A stretch of 63,926 nucleotides of DNA, filler included, from Hausera hauseri (lineage: Eukaryota), in NCBI GenBank assembly GCA_046269625.1. It is 12 parts of 12 records of this genome, joined end to end, with 100 filler letters (N's around TTAATTAATTAA, not from the genome) between each part and the next. Parts side by side here need not be neighbours in the genome. Positions count along the whole stretch, not along the records: positions 19,729 to 24,223 come from JBJURY010554339.1; positions 24,324 to 29,606 come from JBJURY010290725.1; positions 29,707 to 33,907 come from JBJURY010704438.1; positions 34,008 to 38,794 come from JBJURY010435916.1; 8 more parts are not named here. The stretch is one strand, 5' to 3'. The notes below the pieces were generated by a model, which saw nothing but the letters and a program-made list of their open reading frames with translations, was not told where the DNA came from and searched no databases. The first letter of the stretch is position 1. Each line of letters starts with the position of its first letter. The position numbers were made by a program, and so were the translations under genes. Positions 23,901 through 34,031 of this stretch are shown here, piece by piece.

Positions 23901-24223
23901 CGGAAACCGTAGATTGCTTCTAAATTTTCATTCCTAATTACATTAGTTTTGCTAAGCTCAACAAACGAAACGCTTCGTGGGTTTGGACAGGACCTTGCTA
24001 CATGTCCTTCTTGTCCACATGTGTAACAAATTTAATTACCATTTTTGCCCACTCTTTTTCGAGCGTCTTCATTTACTGGAGATTTTGATCTACTCGAATT
24101 TCTACTATAATTCTGATTCGATGAAGCATGTCTAGTATCTTCATTCTGACGATTATCATAACTTCGATTATCATTATACCGGCTTCCACTATCTGTACTA
24201 TAGTTTGGTTTGCTAGATGAGCT
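20911..24223 (-). mobile_element. Retroelement-like polyprotein: Gag CCHC knuckle, unknown region, Ubl domain, AT-hook, then env
   Basis: CYTCGQEGHVARSC near 23986-24029, YRLYFRGRILDELKQLLDVGI.SGE (Ubl) and KRPVGRPRK, all on the minus strand. Confidence 0.65.
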
Positions 24224-26295
24224 NNNNNNNNNNNNNNNNNNNNNNNNNNNNNNNNNNNNNNNNNNNNTTAATTAATTAANNNNNNNNNNNNNNNNNNNNN
24301 NNNNNNNNNNNNNNNNNNNNNNNATTGTAAAACTGAATTATTCATTAGAAATTTATTATAAAAGTTGGTATAACAATTATCTCCTTCACTCATTAAATGA
24401 TTCTTCATTTCATCCTTTTTTGAATTTCCTGATTTTTTGCTCATTGTCTGTCTAATATCACTGCATAGTGTTTAATACATTTTCAAACTTATTTTTATTC
24501 CACTTATACACTGAAAAAGAATAAATCTAGTAGTAATATCACGCAGAATTCCAAAACAGTTTAATGGGACAGAAAATATGAAACTTAGAACGTAATAAAC
24601 TTATCACAAACGTAAATGCATATCAGGGTGTATGTCCCAAAAATTTGAATTATTTAATCAATAATCTTTGTTTGTATAATGCCTATCAGAATTACTCAAC
24701 AGTTATAAACCTCCAGTTTAAATTATCAATCAATACAGATGGATCAGAAAGAATGTAGTTAAAGCAGTATGATTAAATTAAATATACAATTGTACAATTC
24801 AACTTCTATCCTTTTTATTTCATCTCCAATTTACAAATTGAAGCTATATTCACAATGTCCAATAAAAACAAGTTTAATGCTGAATGTTCGTTCGAAATTA
24901 TAAAATGCCTTCTAGATATCTATTAAGTCTATTTTATGACAAACTTTATTTCAATAATAATTTTCCCTCGATACAGTAACTGGTTATTAAAAATTGATAT
25001 TCGAGATTTTAATCTGGTACAACGTACTTTGTCTTCATTAACGACCATACATACATTAATGGAATTTCAATTGAGAACGTAAGCAAAGTAGATTTTAATG
25101 ACAAGACTGCCATTTAATTTAATAATGGCATGTTTCGAATTTGGATCGATAATTCAGTGATTTCATAAATTCTGAATTGCCGTATGCAGTAGTCAGTATA
25201 TAATTTTGATATTAGCTAAGACGTATATTAGTGGCTGTGAATTGAAGTTTTTATGTTCTTACTACGGGTTAAGCCGTGGATTTTATTTTATTCAAAAATT
25301 GAATACAATAACAGATATGTGAAGGTAGACGTTGAGATTTATCTTGCGCTGTTTTAAAGCATTTAATTAAGCACTGAACTGATTGTTTCGTTAAGAAAAA
25401 TTGTTGAGAATTCGCGATTACTGTGATGTTAATCATTAGTATTTGTTGATAAAAGGGCATAAGTCTAGACTAGTTGCACTAGTCTGACTTTCATTTTTGT
25501 TAACTGCGCGCGCGGCGAAATTAAAATTAGCATAAATTTTTCATTCGCGCCGGCGCTAATTTTGATGTTAGATAGGACAGTATAAATATCAATGCAAAAC
25601 TAGATGAAAGAGCAGATAATTTCTATAATAGAAATTCGCGGAAATTTATTTGTTAATAAGAAATTGTTGGAAAAATTTCTATAACAGAAATTTACTGGAA
25701 AAAACTTTAATTGTTAAGTAAGTATTAACAAGCTACATTTTTGTTGTATTTATGTTTTATTCCTATATTGTAGTTTTTATTTGATATTTAAATTAAATCT
25801 TAATAATTCAGTTGTTATTTTATTCTAAAAAATAAAACATTGAAGCACAACCTGCAGAGAGGTTGTAGCTAATTAAACACTTTTTACTTCCTTCAACAAA
25901 GTATTACAGCATTATATACAATTAATTGAAATATATTGGAACCCTCAGATTTGAGTTTTATAAGATATTTTCAGCAAAAAGAGATCTTATAAGAAACAAT
26001 ATATTCATTGAAGTGAATGTGTTGGCGATTATAAGTAATAAATTTTATTTCAGCAAGTGTGAAAATTTCAGCAACTGTAATTTCAATTATTAAATGATTT
26101 ATTGGATATTATGTTTTGTATGCTACTAAAGAACATAGTTCATGATATATTTTATTTATTTGCGCGCATAACAAGATTAATTATCAATATAGATAATCAA
26201 ATTGTAGCAAAAACTAACGATTGTGACAATTACAAAAATTCAAGTTGGACATAAGGATTTTTCCATAAAATTAATTAAAATACCAATGCCACTAA

Positions 26296-27190
26296 AGTAG
26301 TATAAAAATGCCGGTTCTGGCTCACCCCCCCCAAGCAGCCAATCCAAAGCGTGCTTGAGGCGCACACCCGCACGGACGGACAGATTCGACGACGTAGATT
26401 TCAAAAAACACACCATACACGGTGCATGGTGCACCCCGGAAGCAGGAAAAGTGCACGGAAAAAGCGAATATAAGAAGGAAGTGGTGCACGGTCATGTGTG
26501 GCACATAGAAATGATGGGACAGCAATGGCGCATCAAAAGCAGAAGGACCGAAGTCGATGGAATGTCGGGCGGAAGCAAGCGGCTCGGGCAAAAAGTGAGC
26601 CAGAACCGGCATATGGTTTATGGGGAACTGGAAAACGATGAAGGCGAGCGGGCAGCGGTCCTACGGCAATTGGGCAGCGACTAGTCGAACCGTACCGGAG
26701 CGGAAGGTGCACGATGCACCGATGACGTCACAGGCGCCCGTGTGTGTGTGCACTGATAACGGCGGCCGGTGTCGAGTCGCATATGGAACAAAAGCCCAAG
26801 GCGCGGGCTATCGCATGGCGGTGTCCGAATGGAAATCGGCCCATCCGGAACGGAAATGAGAAGAGAAACATCGAAAATCGGCAAAGGGTATACCCTATGG
26901 AAACGGAAAAAATTTTTGCCTCGAAATTCAACATAACCGGGTTCAATCGATCGGTCATCGGTTACTGATTATGGATATATGTATTGCAAAGTTTTTACGC
27001 ATCTCCATCAACGTACAGAAGAGGAAAAACGAATTTTCTACGTACATGTGAACTTTGAACACGTGAACTTTTATGCGGTTTTAGACAAATATTTGCGGTA
27101 AAAATCGATTTTTGTGCGTCACACACATACGCATAAAAATATATATAAGGCACAAGAAAAAGTAAATGAGAGCAATAATATGATTTCAAC
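26296..27190 (+). repeat. Polinton-type terminal inverted repeat, copy 2
   Basis: Starts AGTAGTATAAAAATG at an abrupt switch from AT-rich to GC-rich sequence. Collinear with the reverse complement of 150..1039 and with 33615..33907. Confidence 0.8.
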
Positions 27191-27605
27191 AATAAATTAT
27201 CGTGGTTATATACGTGGAAAAGTTGAACATTTACAATTCAATCAATGGAAACCGCAACAATGTGTACTAAGATTGGACAAATATACTTTGATTATTTTCA
27301 AAAATGGTAAATGTAGAGTAATGGGTTGTAAGCAACCAATAGATGAAAGGGAAATATGTATTACCAAGTATAAAATTGTAGTCATCATTGAAAGAATTCA
27401 ATCAATAACGGTTACATGTAAGTTGGGTTTACCATCAATAAATTTATATAAATTGGCAGGAAAAATGGATTGCATATATGAACCAGAATTATTCCCTGCT
27501 TTACGAATAAATATGTACAGACCGTTGTGTGTAAATGTATTTTCCAATGGAAACATAGTCATTCTCGGATCACCGGAAAGGCAGCGACCAATAGGAGTGA
27601 AATAA
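27180..27605 (+). CDS. TBP-like protein, copy 2 (141 aa, open, final helix apparently replaced)
   Basis: Two TBP repeats: TLIIFKNGKCRVMGCK and IQSITVT..L....INLYKLA....CIYEPELFPALR......CVNVFSNGNIVILG. Confidence 0.85.
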   Translation: MISTINYRGYIRGKVEHLQFNQWKPQQCVLRLDKYTLIIFKNGKCRVMGCKQPIDEREICITKYKIVVIIERIQSITVTCKLGLPSINLYKLAGKMDCIYEPELFPALRINMYRPLCVNVFSNGNIVILGSPERQRPIGVK

Positions 27606-27675
27606 GTAGAAGTGAGAGAGAGAGAGAAAATGAATTATAAATGCATTGATTTTCTAAGTTAAAATCATTTTTAGA

Positions 27676-29138
27676 ATGACCGATTTAGATTGTAACAGTA
27701 GTGACGATAACGAACCGATTGGAGGAGTGAATACTGAATCAATAAATGAACAAATGCAAAGCCACAACTATTGCATAGCAATAGGGCGCAATTATTTTGA
27801 GAACAACAAAGACGAATTTATGAAATATTTCGAGAAACAAGTAATTTATATTTATAATTGTTTATTATTAATTTTATTAAATAGGTTACTTATGTATGTG
27901 GCCAACTTGAAATAAGTTAAAACGGATGGGAACATTATCAGCTATACATAAACTTTAAAAATGCCAAGAAAGTATCAGCAGTAAAGAATAAATTTCGTTG
28001 CAAATTTCCGCGAATAATTTTTGCGAAGAAAGTGGAAAGTGCCATGCAGTATGTCATGGACCCCAAAAAAAGAATCGAAAATACGACCTTCAAATGGCCA
28101 GATAATGGTGAAGGCAAGAGAATAACTAAATATTATTCCAATGACGTAAACGAAGATGGCAGCATTAACAAAAACAAAATTGGAGATTATTCACATGACG
28201 CAAAGAAGGAAAGGATATTGATAGATGCTTTATCGCAATCTAGCTTTGACGAGTGCATTTCACACATTGAAAGTGAAATGCCACTTGAATTTTGTTATCA
28301 TCAAAAACAGTTCGAAAGTTATGCAAGTAAGAAATACATTAAAGAGGATGACAAATTCTTTAGATTTAATTGGAGATATCCGTTAATAAATTTACAGAAC
28401 AAAATGAAAAACGTTGCTTTGATTGGACCACCTGGAATTGGCAAAACTGAATATGCCAGAGCTCATTTTGAGCATCCCCTAATGGTCAATAGTAGACAAA
28501 ATTGGGGAAGATACAAACATGGCTACCACGATGGCATTATTCTCGATGATGTACCCCTGGCAAACTTCGATCCACTAACGGTCAGAGGTATACTTGACTA
28601 CATGCATGACTATACTATCGATATCAAATATGGTCATAGCTTCATACCGCATAATGTTAAAAAAATTATTTGTAACACAGATCTAAAAACGCTATTCCCA
28701 ATCAAATCTACCGAAAACGAAATAGAAGCAATAATGCGACGTCTCGATATATACGAATTCAAAGAGACGATATTCGTAACAACAAAATATCCAACATTAC
28801 AATTGGCTTTACCTAAGCCAACGTTAGATTACAATGGAGTCAAAGTACGAAGTTCAGAGTGGTTGAAAAATACGGTTACAAAATGTAAACAACCGGTTTC
28901 CGATAATAAACTTGTTCAAAGTACGTCGAATGAAGTTAATCAAATAAACGAAATGAAAGATACATTGAATAAATTGATGATTCAAATGAAATGTAGGAAA
29001 CGAAAATGTAATGATGATGAAACTCTATCTACAACTACAACTACGAAACATTCGAAACGTGACAGTGATTGTGATGACGTTGATATTGACAAAGTTTTTA
29101 TCAGTAGTGATGATTCAAATGATAATAAATGTAATTGA
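27676..29138 (+). pseudogene. rep: CRESS-DNA-virus-like Rep (HUH endonuclease + SF3 helicase), two exons (27676..27840, 27885..29138), single stop at 27918
   Basis: After removing a 44-nt GT..AG intron: motif I-like NYCIAI, motif II GQLE...G.EHYQLYINF, motif III-like QYVMDPKK, Walker A GPPGIGKT, Walker B IILDD, motif C IICN and Arg finger AIMRRL. AATAAA follows the stop. Confidence 0.88.
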
Positions 29139-31654
29139 AAAATAAAAATAAATCTCAGAAATCGACACCGTTCTTCTTCCCTCCATAAAACTTCAAATGT
29201 CACAACCGTATCTTATTTCTGCATTGTTTTTGTGTTGACTGCTGTCTCTGTCTTCCCCATTTGTCCCATGAGACCCTGCAGAGGTCAAAGTTCACAAAAG
29301 TCTTGAAGTCAGTAAATCAAGAGAAGCCCGGGGTGATGTGAAGAAAGGTGAGTCAGATGTCCAGCATGAAATCTCCAGGTAAACTACACCTGTACAGGCC
29401 AGCAGGTGATCTACAGCCACATAACATGTTAACTACAAGTTTATTACGTGTCAACTACACATTTATAACATGTTAACTACCCGTTAAGATGTTACAGGTT
29501 TTACAGTGGTGACCTCATATTAGCATAGCTTTTCAGGTTTAAAACGTGCTCACTACAGTTCTACAATGTGTTAACTACATATTTATAATGTGTGTTAAAG
29601 GCATAANNNNNNNNNNNNNNNNNNNNNNNNNNNNNNNNNNNNNNNNNNNNTTAATTAATTAANNNNNNNNNNNNNNNNNNNNNNNNNNNNNNNNNNNNNN
29701 NNNNNNCACCTTCTGATAGGTTTGTTTGCTCGTTCTAGTCCATCACATCTCGAACACCACACCACACTGGAGCTCACAGATAAGCAATAAATTGATTTAA
29801 AGATAAAAGACGTTCATCGTCATATTCCAGTACTAATTCCGCCATTAATGAATATATGGCCTTACTGTTCCATCTTGCAGAAGAAGCATTTATATGCTTG
29901 CGTGGAATGTTTATGTATATCTTTTCTCCGGTCTTTTTCAATTTTCTTACAGCCTTAGTAAGTTCTAGTAGGTAACGATAATCATCACTGCTTGGAAGAT
30001 CCTGAAAATTAACTGGTAATCTTTCTGTTTCATAATATTTATTTCTGTAATGGCTCTATTTTTCTTGAAAAATTGTAAAAAAAAATTATAAGAAATATGT
30101 GGACTCGTTGTTTCTGATTTCCCCAACAAATGCTGAATTTCAAATCGTGCTTTAGAATCAGATATAGTATATGCAATCTACACTGTTCATAAGTAATATA
30201 TGGAAACCGTTTTGTTATTATTGTTAATACTCTGTTTTTTGAACCAGTATGTGTAGGTTCCGTGTCAGAAACAATTTTATCGATGTCACATTTGCTAGTA
30301 ACTGATAGCAGAAATTCAACAATAGTTGTTCAAATTCCACTAGTTTGTTATGTACTCAAACGGTACCATCTCTCGTTTCTGACCATAAATATTTTTATGT
30401 TGCTTCATGTCAAAGTACAAATTGTGGTTACCAACATATAGTGAGATCACCAGAAACGTGCTCAAGTGCTTTTCGCGAAGCTCGTTATAAGGTACCCCTG
30501 GATGGTGTTATAGTAATACTGCAGTAGGGGAAGTGTTAGCGACACCGTACTTCTCTGATGGGTCAGTTGACCAGTGAGCACTCCACCGCACTTCTCTGAT
30601 TTGCTATTTATAGCATTTTGAAAATTTTCTCACGACCTCCTCCCCTCTCCGCGGGAACAAACTGTGGATATCGGACCGACTCAGATTGGTAAAGCTTGAC
30701 GAGCTGAGCAAAAGTTAATAGCCGTGCGGCTTACAGAAATGTAAGGCAGAGGCGCTATAAGAGGAAAAAGCAAAGCAGGAAATGCTCTACGTGTAACGCA
30801 AAACATGTTGCTAGCACTGAGAAAATGTGCACAAAGGGTAAATCGATGTTGGCGAATCCAATGGACACGGTTCCAACTCAATCAAACCATGGGAACATGG
30901 GGAAAAATCAATGGTAAAATTTTAAATGGGGGAAAATTCCCCTTACACAAGTCAAACGGCGGTGGAAATGGGTTGAGCATGTAGCCCATCAAATGTTGAG
31001 CATTTTATATTATAGTCGCCATACGATCAGACGAAAGGATCCAGGTGAAAATGGCAACCGAACGAACAAACGAATTGAAAGAACGCATCAAAAAATTCTG
31101 TCATAGTAGAGAAGAAGAGCGATGTGGACAAACCTGGGGGCAGGTCCACCCACGAACCGATTGACTAATCAGAACCGGCTCGCATCCTGATTGGTCAATT
31201 CAACAACGGCGAGTTCAGTGGTGCGGTCGCATTTTGCGTCTCGAAAAAGACAAAGCCGGGAAATGCAAAAGAAAAAAGCCAACTTTTTCCAGAAGCAAAA
31301 TTTGAGCATGGATGGATAGGAGAAAGTGTACAGTAGAGTATGGGGGTTCGAATGATGTAGGAAACATGGGGTTTGCATGTCTAGGAAAAGCTGAAAAGTC
31401 GGTGAAAGAGAATAAGAAGAAGAAAATGTGGAGTTGTTGGAAACGCAAGTGAATCCATTGATGTTGGCGCCGGTAAATGATCAAATCATCGACAACGGCG
31501 AGTTCAGTGGTGCGGTCGGTTTTGCGTGTCGCGTCGCAGAAGACAAAGCCGGGATACGACGAGTTGACACGTGCAATGGTGAGGCGTGACGTGAAACAAG
31601 TGTGCGTTACCCGCCAGACATGCCTGCATACAAAACGAAATAATGAGTTGTGAC

Positions 31655-31885
31655 GTATTCGGACTCAGCGGAATGAGTTGGGTGGAAAAAAATTTTTTTT
31701 GACTGACCCAGTTCCGGATAACTGCATATTCGGACTCAGAGGAATGAGTTGGGTCGAAAAAAATTCTTGGACTGACCCAGTTCTGGACAACCACATTTTC
31801 CCACCTATCTGACTATAATAAACTTTTCAAAAAATTTTTGTGACCCAGTTTTCGGACAACCACATTTCCCCACCTATCTGACTAT
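31655..31885 (+). repeat. Short array related to the 68-bp minisatellite at 39088
   Basis: ttcggactcag.ggaatgagttgggt.gaaaaaa...gactgacccagtt occurs twice, followed by a duplicated ggacaaccacattt.cccacctatctgactataa. Confidence 0.7.
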
Positions 31886-32039
31886 AACAAACTTTTGAAG
31901 TCGTATATTTCAAAATCACAAAAGTCTATCTGTCCAAAACAGAATACGTTTTTAGTCACATTTGTTACAAGATTGTTTGTAATGTAAGCCACAATAAGCA
32001 ATAATGTCCACACAATACTGTCAGTGGATGTTGATGGTA

Positions 32040-32678
32040 CTCCACATTTTGTCAGAAGGTCCCTGGGAGAAAAACTAATCACTGTCAACATGGTTCAAAC
32101 AGTTAAATACCCATTAAAACTTATGATTTAGGGCTGCAACGTTATTAGGGATAGAATAGTTCTGCAAGCTGAAGACTGGTTTGCTAATAGTGGTCCGTTG
32201 TATCTACAACAAGATGGTGCACCATGCCATGTATCAAAGGTTTCCATAAAGTTATTTCGGGATTTATCAAATGGCTCAGTTCCTCACCCGATATAACACC
32301 GATCGAAAATGTATAGGCCGTATTGAAAAGCAAAGTTGCTCAAACGAAACCCTCTACTAAGCAACAACTGATGGCTGACACTACAGAAGTTTGGAATCAT
32401 AATGCCTCTACCAAAGATCGGTGCAAAAACTTGTGGATGGAATGCCTGATCAAATTGAGCAACTTAAGATCAACCAAAGTGGTCATACCAAGTATTAGGG
32501 TAACCGACTCTCATTACATCACTTAAATAAAAACAATTTGTTAAAATGTAATAGCTTGAATTGCAAATAATGATAAATCATTTTGAATAAATTAGTTTAG
32601 TCTTTAATTCAAAAAATCTTGTTTCAAGTACTTTTTTGTTAAAATGGTTGTGGCTCAGTTATCTTTTCTAGTACTGTA
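32040..32678 (+). mobile_element. Tc1/mariner transposase remnant with 3' terminus
   Basis: LQQDGAPCH and SPDITPIENV*AVLKSKV. The end ...tagtACTG-TA at 32673-32678 fits a CAGT-starting TIR plus TA target. Confidence 0.75.
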
Positions 32679-33614
32679 CTGGGTAATATAAACCAATATT
32701 TTAAATACACCTAAAGTTATGTTCTCAATTACACTAAGTGGAAAAAGTCAAACATAATTTTAATTAGTTCGGCGACCGATATTTACGTAACCAATACAAA
32801 TAATTAAATAGTATGTTGTAATAAATCGATATATTGCACAAGCTTTATTTTAATGCCACATAATTTCGACAATAAAATCCATAATTTTTACAATTCTATC
32901 ATCTTTATGTAATTCAGTTTCAAATTAAAAATCCAAATTCATTTATACAATTCGGTACTTTAAGTTCATCTTTACAGTACAAAGTTTAAATTTATTTAAT
33001 GTAATGTCTCAGAGTTTATCAGCATGCAATTGACTTGTCAATTTTCGAACCATTTGTGCAATGCAGTAGTAATTAACACATTAATCGCCATGTGAATAAA
33101 TATAAAAAAATATCTACACACAAAAAGTTATCAAAAATTGGTGAATGTAGTACATTCTCAGAACACAACAACAATAAAAATATCTGGCCACAAGAGTCGG
33201 TTGTTTCTCTAATTTGGCGACCAATGTGTTAATAATAAAAATTTTGTCATGAATTTTCTTATACAAATATTTGCACATTGTAATAACAAGAGGTCAAATA
33301 ACAAACAGAAACCACTGAGAATCATATAAAGTCAGTCGTATGAACACCTGAACAAAGCCATTGCCCATAAAAATATTTTTATTTAGAAATATTCACAAAG
33401 AACACTTTCATATAATGCAACAGAATTTACTGTAAATCTGGGTTTTCTTTTATGACAATTAGTGAGAGACGTGAAAAATATAATTGTGCTTAAAAGTATG
33501 AAAAGTTTTGCCAAAGAAACCAAAATAATGCAATTGGATAATTTTAATTATGATAGCTTTTCGCATTTTTACAAATCTTCTCCACTAGGTTTAGAAATTT
33601 TGAACTACAGGGTG

Positions 33615-33907
33615 AGTAGTATAGAAATGCGGTATCTGCATCATCCCCCCACCCCAATGCAACTAATACGAAGCGTGCTTAATGCGCAGACAGGCAACGG
33701 GTTTGTCAATTCGGCGACGGAGATTTCAAAAATCACATGGGGGAAAGGTACATGGTGCACCCCGGAAGCTGATGAGGTGCACAAAGAAAAAGCGAATGTT
33801 AGAAGGAAATGATGGATGGTGACGTGTGACGCATAGAAATGATGGGACACGGATGACGCATCAAATGCCGAAGGAACGAAGTCGATCGGATGGAGCGCAG
33901 TGGCACG
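33615..33907 (+). repeat. Polinton-type terminal inverted repeat, copy 3 (cut by the contig end)
   Basis: AGTAGTATAGAAATG...aatacgaagcgtgctt...ggtgcaccccggaagc, collinear with 26296 onward. Confidence 0.8.
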
Positions 33908-34031
33908 NNNNNNNNNNNNNNNNNNNNNNNNNNNNNNNNNNNNNNNNNNNNTTAATTAATTAANNNNNNNNNNNNNNNNNNNNNNNNNNNNNNNNNNNNN
34001 NNNNNNNACAAGTGTCCCAAAAGCAAATCAG

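Noticed and set aside
25460-25570. Hairpin AGACTAGT-TGC-ACTAGTCT and a nearby GC-rich patch
   Set aside because: It is possibly a MITE or Helitron end, but there is no partner end or second copy in the window.
26296-26310. TAGTATAAA as a CRESS nonanucleotide origin
   Set aside because: It does not match NANTATTAC and has no flanking stem in copy 2. I found no convincing stem-loop origin near the Rep gene, and the Polinton AGTAGT reading fits better.
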